The notes beneath the pieces are model-generated. The model searched no databases, was not told the origin of the DNA, and was given only the letters and a program-made list of their open reading frames with translations. A stretch of 64,000 nucleotides of DNA from Leucoraja erinacea. Taxonomy: Eukaryota. Position numbers and translations under genes: made by a program. Location: NCBI RefSeq assembly GCF_028641065.1, contig NC_073383.1, positions 2,108,001-2,172,000 of the forward strand, given 5' to 3'. Below, in pieces: positions 38,552 through 51,110 of the stretch (position 1 is the stretch's first letter; every line of letters begins with the position of its first letter).

Positions 38552-39412
38552 ACTTTCTGTGTGAAAAAATGGCCATTGGCTTCTTTATAATGTCACTGAC
38601 CAAAATGTGCAGGCCCCTGGGGAAGCAGCCATCAGCATTTTCTCCACCAAGTCTCATGTAGTGATGGCTTCAATTTAAATTGTGCATCTTTCACCCTGGC
38701 TCAACCAAACTCCTGGGTCTTTATAAGCAACACCCATGTGAACACCTCCCACAGGCATGGTAGCGCAGTGGTAGAGCTGCTGCCTTACACCGCTTGCAGC
38801 GCCAGAGACCTAGGTTCCATCCCGACTACGGGTGCTGTCTGAATGGTGTTTGTTCATTAGGTGAAAAAGTGTTTCCTCATCTCCGTTCTAAATGGCTTAC
38901 CTCTTATTCTTAAACTGTGACCCCTGATTCTCGACTCCCCCAACATCGGGAACATGTTTCCTGCCTCTAGCGTGTCCAAAGCCTTAATAATCATATATTT
39001 CAATAAGATCCCGTCTCATCCTTCTAAACTCCAGAATGAATTACAAGTGTGTAATGTCTGCAATTTCTTGAACATCACATAACGTTATGTTCATTATTCT
39101 TCTCTCCCTTAGACGGAATATTTATACCCTTGGCGCACCATTGGTTTGTGAATGATCGACATGCATGGTAGGTTTGACAGAACCTCCCAAACGCACAATC
39201 TCTGTCATTAGTGGCAGGGGCATCAGATACATGGGGACTCCACCAATTCCATGCTTCCATCCAAGTCATGTGCTGGAAATTATATCAGTGCTCCCTCTAA
39301 GTCAATGGGTCTAAATCCAGGAACTCTCTACTCTACAAGATTGTGGAAGTATGATCACCACAGCAGCTGCAATGGTTAAAGATGGGGCATACTATAAGCT
39401 CAAGGACAAAGA

Positions 39413-39711
39413 CCGACATGGTGGTGCAGCGGTAGAGTTGCTGCCTTACAGCGCTTACAGCACCAGAGAACCGGGTTCAATCCCGACTATGGGTGCTGTC
39501 TGTACTGTGTTTGTACGTTCTCCCCGTGACCAGCGTGAGTTTTCTCTGGGAGCTTCGGTTTCCTACCACAATCCAACGACATACAGGGTTTGTAGGTCAA
39601 TTGGCTTGGCGTAAGTGTAAATTGTTCCTAATGTGTGTGCAGGATAGTGTTAGTGTGCGGGTGCAGAGTCAGTGGGCCCAAGGGCCTGTATTTCTAAACT
39701 AAACTAAACTA
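39413..39711 (+). mobile_element. tRNA-derived SINE
   Basis: Duplicate of 28364-28662. Confidence 0.8.
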
Positions 39712-39814
39712 GTGATGGGAAAGAAAAACTGTTCTTGCTGACAACCATGGAAGAAAAACATTCAGCTGTGAACAGAGAGGAGGAAATGGATCCAATTTGT
39801 CCAGGATCTGTCCA

Positions 39815-39850
39815 GGGTCTGAAGAAGGGTTTCGGCCCGAAACGTTGCCT
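39815..39850 (+). ncRNA. Minimal type I hammerhead ribozyme motif in a Penelope terminal repeat
   Basis: GGGU-CUGAAGA-A-GGGU UUCG GCCC-GAAA-CGUU-GCCU, with core nucleotides and stems I and II present. Confidence 0.55.
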
Positions 39851-39864
39851 ATTTCCTTCGCTCA

Positions 39865-40765
39865 ATACAATACCATACAATACCATTTATTTGTCATTTG
39901 AACCTCACATGAGGTTCAAACAAAATTTGGTTTCTGCAGCCATACAAGAAAAGAACCAAGACACATATCAACACAATGAAGGACCAAGACACAACACAAT
40001 TTACATGAACATCCATCACAGTGAATCTCCTCCTCACTGTGATGGAAGGCAAAGTCTTATCTCTCCCCTGCACTCCTCGTTCTCCTCCCGATGTCAGAGT
40101 CAAAGCCCCCGGCGGGCGATGGTAAATAAGTCCCGCGGCTTTTATAAAGCCGCGCCGGATGATATAATAAAGCCGCGCCAGGTGATGCAAGGCCGCGCTC
40201 CGGGTCTTGGTGTTAGAGCCCCCGGCGTGCGCTAACAAATCTCACGGCAATTATAAAGCCTCGCCAGGCGATGTAAGGCCCTGCTCCAGGTCATCCTCGA
40301 CCCCGCAACTCGGGCTGGAGAAGTCGCCGTTGCGGAAGCCCCGGAAAGCGGTCTCCCAGCAGGGACCCGCGGGCTCCCGGTGTCACTGTCCACCAGACCT
40401 GCGGTAAGCCTCCGAATCTCCTGGGTCGGGCCGCAGCAGTGCGCCACCACTGCTCCTCCCGCTCCGAACTCGGCCAGCTCCACGATGGTGAGTAGGTCCG
40501 CAGCTCCGCGACTGGAGCCCCAGGTGGTTCCGGTTGGAGGCCGCTCCACGGTGCTCGGCCCCAACGACAACGGAGACCCGACAGGGAAAAGGTCGGGTTC
40601 TCCGTGCAGGGGAAAGATTTTAAAAAGTTTCCCCCCCACCCCCTGCCCCCCACACACATACCCAGTTTAAAAAAAAAAAAAAACTACATACATACAAGAC
40701 AGACAAAAAAAAAACGACAGACGGACTGCAGAGGCCGCTGCGACGTGAGTCGCGCCGCCCACCCA
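39865..40765 (-). mobile_element. Unclassified GC-rich retroelement, copy B
   Basis: Duplicate of 28815-29685. Confidence 0.6.
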
Positions 40766-42095
40766 GACCCGTCCACTCCATAGATGCTGCCGCACCCGCT
40801 GAGTTTCTCCAGCTTTTTGTGTACCTGTCCAGGATTAAACCTGTTTGAAATAAGTGCAGTTTAAGAAGCCATTCTTTAATGTCAACATTAAGAAGGTTCC
40901 CTGTTTGTTGGTTGAGAAGCAATCTTAACTTGTATAGGACTAGAATTAGTTCATTCGGCCCATCAAGTCTACTCCGCCATTCATCAATCATCTCTCCCTC
41001 CTAACCCCATTCTCCTGCCTTCTCCCTATAACCTCTAACACCCGTACTGATCAAGAATCTATCCATCTCTGCCTTAAAAATATCCGTTGGTTGGCCTCCA
41101 CGGCCTTCTGCGGCAATGAATTACACAGATTCACCACCCAAAAATAAACATAAGGGAAGAACCCAATTACATTGTTAAAAGATTGTTGAGCAGATTTAGT
41201 AACACCAGAAGGAGCTGTTAAAGTATCCTCAGCCTTGAGCTTTAGCCCATTCTCCTGCCTTCTCCCCATAACCCCTGACACCTATACGAATCAAGAATCT
41301 ATCTATCTCTGCCTTAAAAATATCCACTGACGTCCTCTACAGCCTTTTCTGTGGCAATGAATTCCACAGATTCACCACCCTCTGACTAAAGAAATTTCTC
41401 CTCATCTCCTTCCTAAAAGAACATCCTTTAATTCTGAGGCTATGACCTCTAGTCCTAGACTCTCCCAGTAGTGGAAACATCCTCTCAACATCCTATTGTG
41501 GATTTTTCCTTTGTTCTAATCCCGCTCTCTGCAACATGTAAATGTTTATTAATATGCACTGTCCCCTAAATAAAATAAAATAACAAATTACAAATTACAA
41601 CATAAACCACATTATTCTTCTCATTTTCGCAGCTCCATGCAAGGCTCTTGAACCAAAACATTGACTTTGTTTCCACCTCCAGCTGCTGCATGATCGGCTG
41701 AGTGGTTCCAGCTTTTCAGTTTTTTTGTTTCGGATTTCCATCATATGCAGTTTTTGTCCAAATTGTAGAGTACTACTGCCAGCTGAATAAAGGACCAGGG
41801 CCAAAGTGAAACCTTGGATCCTGATATTACAAATGGGAATCTTTTCCAATTGGAAATCCACTTTTGTCAAACATCTGGGTAGACTGTGATACCACTATAA
41901 AAAAAAAGTTTCAAATTCCTTATTGTCTCCCTTTCCTGAGGATCACTTCCATAGCCATTCCAACCTCAAGCAGCACAAATACTAATTTAAAACAGGAATA
42001 GCTGTTCTTTGTTCACCTTTCAGCACCTCAGCATGTCCCAAAACAGTCAATGAAGTACTTTATCAGGTGTAAAACAGCAAAGAAGGCATCCAATT

Positions 42096-42610
42096 GGCAT
42101 GGTGGCGCAGCGGTAGAGTTGCTGCCATACAGTGACAGAGACCCAGGTTCGATCCCTACTACGGGTACTATCTGTACGGAGATTGGACATTCTCCCCGTG
42201 ATCTGCGTGAGTTTTCTCCGGGATCTCCGGTTTCCTTTCACTCCAAAGACGTACAGATTATAATTGTTTGTATAAGTGTTTATAATTTGTTTGGTTGTTT
42301 TGTTGTATAAGTGTTTAAGTTGTATAAGTGTTTATAATTTGTTTAGTTGTTTTGTTGTTTGGCTTTTGCACAAAAGTCCGCGAGCATTGCCACTTTCATT
42401 TCACTGCACATCTCGTATGTGTATGTGACAAATAAACTTGACTTGACTTGACTTGACTTGAGATTTGTAGGTTAATTGGCTTGGTATAAATGTACATTGT
42501 TTCCCGTGAGTGTGGGATAGTGTTAATGTGCGGGGATCGCTGATCGATGCAGACTCAATTGGTCAAAGGGCCTGTTTCCCTGCTGTATCTCTGAACTAAA
42601 CTAAACTAAA
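42096..42610 (+). mobile_element. tRNA-derived SINE with nested LINE 3' end ((ACTTG)n tail, about 42258-42460)
   Basis: GGCATGGTGGCGCAGCGGTAGAG...GGTTCGATCCC. The SINE body resumes after the (ACTTG)n tail. Confidence 0.75.
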
Positions 42611-43079
42611 TTTAGATACAGGAAACTCCCACAAACAGCAGCATTTTAATGAAGTTGCTGAATAGATAAGTCTTGACCAGGGAACTGTGGATAACCCTGC
42701 CACACTTTCTTGAATAAGGACTTCTGTGGCTATCTTAGAGAGAAGTTGAGTGCCTCATCTGAAAAGTAGCAACTACAACTGAGTTTAGCTCCTCAGTTAC
42801 AGGCAGCTATCACATACTGATCTGCGGCCATTGGATAACATAATCATTTGATAGCTAAGAAGAGAAAAATAAATCAATATTAGATACAAAGAAGATTTAA
42901 AAAATAGTAGTAGCAAAGCTATGAATAGGCTGACCAATGGATGCACCTTCAGCGCTTGTTCATGAACATTTGGCCCAGAACAATTAAACAGCATCAAAGC
43001 AGAATGAAAAAGAATCAGAGGTCATCTATAAACCTGAATCAGGCGGCTTTGTCTGCCGTGCTGGAAGGTTTTATTCTAA

Positions 43080-43166
43080 CTTTGTCTTTTTGCTGATATA
43101 TACTACTGAAACCATTAGAATAACAAAGGTATTTCCTACGGTGGCATTTTGGTTCAGCGTATAAAT
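43080..43166 (+). promoter_or_regulatory. Gene 4 proximal promoter: half-MARE, SOX-like site, TATA box
   Basis: CTTTGTCTTTTTGCTGA (43080-43096), CATTAGAATAACAAAGG (43113-43129) and TATAAAT (43160-43166). Confidence 0.65.
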
Positions 43167-43222
43167 ACCCTGCTGAATGAGGCAGTGTTGTATACAGGTG
43201 GGATTCCATACTGAAGCTCAAA

Positions 43223-46200
43223 ATGGGAAAGGCAAGGCAGCCCTCGTGTTTTCAGAATCTGCTATTAATGTTTCAGCCGGATGAAAAATAATAACTCACC
43301 TGTTTAATTCCCCACAGATCATCTTCTACGAGGACAGGAACTTCCAGGGTCGGCACTATGAGTGCAGCACCGACTGTGCCGACCTGTCCCCTTACTTCAG
43401 CCGCTGTAACTCCATCCGTGTGGACAGTGACTGGTGGGTGGCGTACGAGAGACCCAACTACATGGGGTACCAGTATGTCCTGAACAGGGGGGAGTATCCT
43501 GACTACCAGCGCTGGATGGGATTCAACGACTGTGTCAAGTCATGCCGCAGTTACCCTCAGGTGCGTGGAAGACACTTGCTAACCTTTGTGAAATTCTGGA
43601 GCATTTCTCATTTTGTCGGGTTCTGTAAACATGTAATGTCACTTTATATAATTCAGTCCGCCAAAACCTACCTGATCACCTGGTTGCTAAACACTTTAAC
43701 TCCCCCTCCCATTCCCACACCGACCTTTCTGTCCTGGGCCTCCTCCATTATCAGAGTGAGGCCCAGCACAAATTGGAGAAATACCACCTCATATTTCGCT
43801 TGGGAAGCTTACACACTAGCAGTATGAACATTGACTTCTCAGACTTCAAGTAACCTTTCCTTGCCCTCTCTCCCCATCACTCCTCCTTCCTAGTTCTCCG
43901 ACCAGTATGTCTTTCCCTCTGATTTAATTTCATCTCCATATGCTTCATTGTCACTTTCTCCTAGTTAACAATGATCTACTATACATTTTCCTTGAGCTGC
44001 ATTCCTTTTTGATGTCTCATTTTCACACCTTGCACTTCCTTATCTCTGTCTCCCTCTCCCCTGGCTCTCAGTCTGAATAAGGGTCTCGACCCGAAACGCC
44101 ACGGAGTGTGCTGTCTGTCCCACTGAGATTGCATTTCGTTGTCTCTGTACTGTACACTGACAATGACAATTAAAGTTGAATCTGAATCTAAATCTGACTG
44201 AGTTACTCCAGCTTTTTGTGTCTATCTTGCATTCAGCCTCAGGCAATTGATGTATTGCTGAAAAGCTTCTTATATTGATTTGAAGATTTTTCTTGATCTT
44301 TGTTTTCCTCTTGTGGTGATAAATCCACCTTAATCATTCTGCTTTGTGAAATTTCAAATTTGGATTGTAAGACTGACATAAAGCAGGAATTGCCACTGGT
44401 ATAAATTTTTTTTTTAAATTCTATAGTGTATTGGAATTTCCCACAGCAGTTATTAATTTTCAAGATGTACAGGTCTCTGGATTTCAGATCTCGACCCAAA
44501 ACGTCACCTATTCCTTCTCTCCAGAGATGCTGCCTGACGCGTTGTGTTACTCCAGCTTTTTGTGTCTATCTTTGATTTAAACCAGCATCTGCAATTCCTT
44601 CCTACACAAAGGAATTGGGATCATTTATGGAATCTCCTGAGGAGTATAAAGGATGAGGCAGTGAAATTACGAAGGAAATTAGGAAAGTTAAAAAGGGGCC
44701 CTGGGATATTCTTGGCAGATATGGTGAAAAGGCATTTTAAGAGAAAAATAATATCCTGGAAGAAAAGAGATCCCTTGAATGTCAACACAGTCGACTATGA
44801 ATATTTCTCATCTGTATTATCTGTGGTGAAGCTGCTGAAACTATCCAGGGGAGGAGACAGTGAAATCCCGGAATATATTAACACTGCGATGGAGCTGATG
44901 TTGGGGGTCATCAAAAGCACAAGGATGGATGCATCTCTAGATCCCCATTAGCTGCCTCCTTGGATGTTATGGAAAGGGCGACACGTGGCGCAGCAATAGA
45001 GTTGCTGCCTTACAGCGCTTTCTGCGCCAGAGACCCGGGTTTGATCCCGACCACGGGTGCTGTCTGTACGGAGTTTGTACCTTCTCCCCATGACCGCGTG
45101 GGTTTTCTCCAAGATCTTCAGTTTCCTCACATACTCCAAAGACCTACTGGTTTGTAGGTTAATTGCCTTGTTAAAATTGTAAAACCGTGCCTAGAGTGTG
45201 TAGGATAGTGTTAATGTGCGGGGATCACTGGTCGATGCAGACTTGGTGAGCCGAAGGGCCTATTTCCGAGCTGTATCTAAACTAAATTAAAAAATGAAAA
45301 ATACACATTCCTGTATTTTTGTCAGCCACAGATGTTCTGCCAGAAAACTGGAGGATAGCTAATATTGTGCCTATATTTAAGGAAGGCACTATGAAGAAGC
45401 TAGGGAAGTACAGGCCAGTGAGCTATTCATCATTTTCGGGAAGTGTATTGGAAGGAATTCTGAGGGAAAGGAATGTACTTGCATTTGGAAAGTTGAGGTC
45501 TGATTAGGATTTGTCAGCTGGACTTTGTTCGGAGATCATGTCTCTCTAATTTGATTGAGTGTTTTGAAGAGTATTGATAGACTATATGAGATGTCCACAT
45601 GGACTTTAACAAGGCCTTTGACAAGGTTTTTACATTGTTTGTAAATATGGGGATATGGAGAGAAGGCAGGAACGGGGTACTGATTGGGGATGATCAGCCA
45701 TGATCACATTGAATCGTGGTGCTGGCCCAAAGGACCGAATGGCCTACTCCTGTACCTATTGTCTATGGTCTATTGTAAGCTTATAACACATGGAATCCAG
45801 AGTGAGCAATTGGATACGAAATTGGCTTGTTTGTAGGAGGCAAAGTGTGCTAATGGAAAGTTGGTTCAGGACAGTGTCAGTAACGAGTGGTGTAGTGTAG
45901 GACCCACTGTTACTTGTCAATTAATGATTTGGTTGAGAATGTGTAGGAAGGAACTGCAGATGCTGGTTTACACTGAAGATAGACACAATATGCTGGAGTA
46001 ACTCGGCGGGACAGGTAGCATCTCTGGAGAGAAGAATGGGTGTAGTTCTTCAGACTACTGAATGGTGGTGGCATGATTAGTGAGTGTGCAAATGAATCCC
46101 AAAGTTGCTGGACAGTGAAGAATATTGTCCAGTGTTACAACAGGATTTTGATTAACTAGGAAAGTGGGCAAAGGAAAGGCAGATGGAATCCAACTCAGAC

Positions 46201-49200
46201 AAGGGCAATGTGATACATTTTGGGAAGTTAAATCAGCCCAGCGTTCACACTAAATGACAGGGCCTTACAGATTGTGGTGGAACAGTGAACCCTTGGGGTA
46301 CAAAAATACACAGTTCCCTAAAGTTGGCAATGGAGGTAAACAGAGGTGAAGAATGCATACGGCAAGCTTGCCTTCATCGGCTGAGGCACGGAGGAAAGAG
46401 TTGAAATGTCATGTTATAGTTGTACAACGTGTTTCTATGCTGTACTTGGAATATTATGTGCAGTTTACTTTACTTTAGTTTAGTTTAGTTTAGTTTAGTT
46501 TAGTTTGGATACAGACCCTTTGGCCCTCTGAGTCCAGGCCAATAAATCAATTCTACATGCTGTACATTGGGCCAAATTCTGGAGTATGGTTTTTTTAGAA
46601 TTATCCTGTTGACCTGTTGTTTAAGCAACTAAGTTACAGAAAGTGGGTTAAACATGATTATGTGCAGTTTACAGAGGAGATTTTAGTTTAGTTTACAGAG
46701 AAAGTTTTAGCTTTTAGTTTAGTTTAGTTTAGTTTGGATACAGACCCTTTGGCCCTCTGAGTCCAGGCCAATAAATCAATCACCTCTACACTTGTTCTAC
46801 CCAACATACTAGGGACAATTTTCAGAAGTCAATTAACCTGCAAACCTGCACGTCTTTGGAATCTGGGAGTAAACCGGAGCACCCCGGAGAAAACCCATGT
46901 AGTTCCAGGCAAAATGTTAGTATTTTACCTTAGGCTTTAGTACAAACACCGTACAGGCAACACCAGTAGTCGGAATCTAACCCAGATCTCTGCCGCTGTA
47001 AAGCAGCAATTCAGTCGCTGTGCCACCAGTTGTGGTCACTATGCTATAGAAAAGATGATATTAAGCTAGAAGGAGTGCAGGTCAAGATTCACAAAGATGG
47101 AGTCTACATTAGGAGAGAGTGGATAGACTGGTCTGTTTCCCCTGGACCAACGGAGGCTGAGTAGTGATATAACAGAGGTTTATAAAATCATAAGAGGCAT
47201 GAATAGGCTTGATACCAAAGTCCCTTTCCAATGGACTTACTTAGACTTAGTTCCTCCCACACTGTTGAGTGCATTGGGCAGCAAGCTTTGGCCATTCTGT
47301 TCGGTCATGTGCGACGTCTTCCACCCTCGATAGGTTTGCGTCCCGGGCTTCCAAATCCTCCTGGAATGTTCGCCTCCATGTGAGAATTGGTCGGCGTCTC
47401 TTCCTTCTTCCGTCAGCTTGCCATGTCGTTGCTATCTTAGCTGCATGTTCTGGTGACATTCTGAATACATGTCCTGCAGATTTCATCCTACGTCCCTCTA
47501 TGTCCTGGCTGAGAGGCTTTGTTGCAGTTTCACGGTAGATCGCCTCGTTTGTGATGTGGGCTCTGTAGCTAGTCTTCAGGATCTTCCTCAAGCAGTGTTG
47601 TTGGAATGCATCCAATTTATTTTTCATCTTCAAATTGATTTTCCATGTCTCACTGGCATAGAGGGCTGTAGGGAGGACTACGGAATGGAGGAGCTTGACT
47701 TTTAGCATCTTGGATATCCCGCCACAAGACCATATTGGCTGCATTCTTCTGAAGACTGATGCAGCTTTGCCAATTCGGGAGTTGATGACTTTGATGACAA
47801 TTCGGGAGTTGATGAAAACAGGTTTAAGCTGAGAGAGAAGTGGTTTAGGTCATAAGGTCATGAGTGAATGGAGTAGAATTAGGCCATTCGGCTTATCAAG
47901 TCTATCCACCATTCAATCATGGCTGATCTATCTCTCCCTCCTAACCCCATTCTCCTGCCTTCTCCCTATAACCCCTGACACCTGTACTGATCAAGAATCT
48001 ATCTATCTATCTCTGCTTTAAAAATATCCATTGACTTGGCTTCCACAGCCATCAATAGCAAAAAATCCACAGATTCACCACCCTCTGACTGATGAAATTC
48101 CTCCTCATCTCCTTCCTAAAGGAACGTCCTTTAATTCTGAGTATGACCACTAGTCCTCGACTCTCCCACTATTGGAAACATCCTCTTGGATCAAGACTCT
48201 ATCCAGGCCTTTCACTGTTCGGTATGTTTCAATGAGGTGTCCCCTCATCCTTCTAAACTCCAGCGAGTACAGGTCCAGTGTCGACAAACGCTCATCACAG
48301 GTTAAAGGAGATCTGAGGGGTAAATTTTTCACACAGACTTGCTGGTATCAGGAATAGGCAGCCAGAGGAAGTAGTGGAGCCAGGAGCAGTAACAACATTT
48401 AAGAGGCTTCTGGCCGTACTTGAATGGACAGGCTGTAAAGGAATACAGTCGGCTAGTAGGATTAGTGCAGATAGGAATGAAGGGCAGTATAGATGTGGTA
48501 GGCCAAGGGCCTGGTTCTACGCGGTACAATCCATGCGTGTATTACACTAGATTTAACCGATTTCCCTGACAGTCTCTCTGACTCCACTACTTATTTTTCA
48601 AAGAGGACTTTAATTTCAAAAATATAAAAATTACACAGTTAAAACCAAGTTGCCTGCGTGACTTAAATGGAAATATTTAAAAGCAGGAAATATTTCATCC
48701 TGCTTTTTCAGTTCAAGTCATCTTTCTTCATTTGGAGATGTACACTGAATTAGTTGACCTGTTTCTCTCCTGTTCTCAGATAACATTCTCAGCATTTGAA
48801 TGCATCCAGTGACTAGGCAACTATTCATTTCCTTTCCTCATTCTGTTTTTTTTTTATACTTCAAAGGTTGCTGATAGATTTATGTTGATGTATTTCAAAT
48901 TTCTTTTTGGGCAACCATGGAATTGTAATAACTGCAACTCACACACACAGTTGTTCCAACACCTGATGACTGTATGCTTTCCATTCCAGTACCGAGGAGG
49001 CAACTACAGGATGAAAATTTACGAGAGGCCTGACTTTGGAGGACAGATGATGGAATTCATGGACGACTGTCCCTCCGTCTACGATCGTTTCCGTAACCGT
49101 GACATTCACTCCTGCCACGTGATGGATGGTTACTGGATCTTCTATGAACAAGCCAACTACAGAGGCCGACAGTACTTCATGAGACCCGGGGAGTACAGGA

Positions 49201-49265
49201 AATACAATGACTGGGGCGGATACAACTCCACCATCGGGTCTTTCAGGCGCATGAGGGACTTCTAA
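43223..49265 (+). CDS. cryg: Gamma-crystallin gene 4; exons 43223-43231, 43318-43560, 48990-49265
   Basis: ATG GGA AAG|GCAAGG...CACAG|ATC ATC TTC TAC GAG...TAC CCT CAG|GTGCGT...TTCCAG|TAC CGA GGA GGC...GAC TTC TAA. Intron 2 is 5429 nt and filled with TEs. TATAAAT at 43160-43166 and AATAAA at 49314-49319. Confidence 0.93.
43671..44228 (+). mobile_element. Penelope-like element 3' fragment in gene 4 intron 2
   Basis: [60 protein letters not shown] (43671-43853), then a CT-rich region and a mutated hammerhead at 44073-44100. Confidence 0.8.
44640..47230 (+). mobile_element. Old fragmented CR1 LINE with nested SINEs and Penelope pieces
   Basis: [16 protein letters not shown]...YRPVS and DFNKAFDK remnants. 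SINEs at 44976-45290 (+) and about 46716-47025 (-). Confidence 0.7.
47235..47790 (-). mobile_element. RTE-clade LINE 3' fragment
   Basis: [20 protein letters not shown]...[13 protein letters not shown]...[12 protein letters not shown], with a (TAAG)-like tail. Confidence 0.8.
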
Positions 49266-49313
49266 TTCCTCTTTGCAAAATAGATTTTGTCACAATGACA
49301 GATTTCAGAATAT

Positions 49314-49319
49314 AATAAA
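49314..49319 (+). terminator. Polyadenylation signal of gene 4
   Basis: AATAAA about 50 nt after the stop. Equivalent signals lie about 50 nt after the stops of genes 1-3. Confidence 0.7.
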
Positions 49320-50649
49320 ACATGCTAACTGTTATATTTTGACGTGCTTTTGTGTCACTTCCACTACTCCTCTGAAGATGCACATTACGGAATGGGTAAA
49401 AGATGTTTAGATTATCTTGGAGAACGAGAGAATGCACCAAACAAACGATTTCACACCAAAATCCTTATGTAACTCAGTCAGCTGTTCATTTGGATGCTTC
49501 CCAGCCCTTTTAATGTAAAGTAGCTGGTAGATCACAAATTAAGCAATTGTATGAGTAAATATGAAGAACATAGTTTGATCACATAGGCCCTTGCCCTTAA
49601 CATTAGGGAAGTTATGTTGCAGCTGTATAAAGCATTGGGTAAGCCAAATTTGGAGTTTTACGTGCAGTTCCAGTCATAAGGTCATAAGGGATGGGAATGT
49701 CCTTCCTAAAGGAACGTCCTTCAAATCTGAGGTTATAACCTTTAGTCCTAGACTCTCCCACTAGTGGAAACATCCTCTCCACATCCAGTCATCGCATTAC
49801 AGGAAGGATGTGGGAGCTTTGGACATGATGCAAAAGGGGAAGCAGGATATTAACTAGATTATTATCTATTATCTATAAGGAAAAGTTGGACAGACTTGGA
49901 TTGTTTTCTCTGGAGTTTGAGGGGATGACCTGATAGATGGATTTACAATTCATAAGTGATAGGAGCAGAATCAGGCCATTCGGCTCATCAAGTCTACTCT
50001 GCCATTCAACCACGTCTGATCTCTCTTTCCCTCTCAACCCCATTCTCCTGCCTTCTCCCCATAACCCCTGACACACATAATAATTAAGAATCTATCTATC
50101 TCTACCTTAAAAATATCAATTGAGTTGGTTTGCACAGCCTTCTGAGGCAAAGAATTCCACAGATTCACCACCATCTGACTAAGGAAATTCTTCCTCATCT
50201 CCTTTCTAAAGGAATGTCGTTTTATTCTGAGGTTATGGCCTCTGGCCCGAGACCACTAATCCCCTGTATCCATTCCCCTTTGTAAACAAGCTTAAACGGG
50301 CCATCTTGGTTGGCATGGACAAGTTGGGCCGAAGGGCCTGTTTCCGTGCTGTACGACTCGATGACCCGAAGACTCTGTGTCCATAAGCGATGGTGATGTA
50401 GATCTGGGTTTCGGAGCGTTTCTCGGTCTTGTCACGTCTTGTCACGCCCAGACTTTAGCCATTTGCCTTGCAGGATGCCGCAGAAAGGCAGAGGGTGCAG
50501 AGACAAGTATTCCAGCCTGAAATGAGGTGCAGTTCTGTCAAATCCTTGGCTGAAGTAGGAATCCACAGACCCAGATTCACATCCCAGCATGGCAGCTGTG
50601 GAATGTAAGAGCAGAACAGAGAACATAGAACAGAGAACACCAGTCACGA

Positions 50650-51110
50650 GTTCACAAGTTATAGGAGTAGAATTAGGCCATTCAGCCTGTTGAGTCTACT
50701 CCGCCTTTTAATCATGGCTGATCTCTGCCTCCTAATCTTCCTAATTTTACTGCCTTCTCACTATATCCCTTGACACCCATTCTAATCAAGAATTTGTCTT
50801 CATCTGCCTTAGAAAGTATCCACTGACTTGGCCTCCACAGCCCGCTGTGGCAATGAATTCCACTGATTAACCACCGACTAAAGAAGTTCCTCCTCACCTC
50901 CTTTCTAAAAGAGCGTCCTTTAATTCTGAGGCTACGACCTCTGGTCCTTGACTCTCCCACCAGTGGAAACATCCACTCCACATTCACTCTATCCAAGCCT
51001 TCCACTATTCAATAAGTTTCAATGAGGTTCCCCCTCATTCTTCCAAACTCCAGCGAGCAGAGGCCCAGTGCTGTCAAATGTTCATCATGTGCTAACTCAC
51101 TCATTCCTGG
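50650..51110 (-). mobile_element. CR1 3' fragment
   Basis: [41 protein letters not shown] plus 3' UTR. Confidence 0.75.

Larger units (their letters stand above)
29858..40935. repeat. Segmental tandem duplication, copy B (about 11.1 kb)
   Basis: Directly abuts copy A. Lacks the CR1 insertion at 17953-18726 and shows scattered substitutions and indels. Confidence 0.93.

Noticed and set aside
42096-42170. tRNA-like sequences with A and B boxes
   Set aside because: These are heads of SINEs followed by a SINE body and (TAAAC)n tail, with no complete cloverleaf.
43420-43827. 135-aa ORF as a crystallin with a novel C-terminus
   Set aside because: It is exon 2 reading through the GT donor at 43561 into intronic and Penelope sequence.
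44073-44100. Idea that sense-strand intronic hammerheads were selectively inactivated
   Set aside because: The intronic copies are mutated, but so are many intergenic copies (often CpG decay of CGAAA), and the sample is too small.
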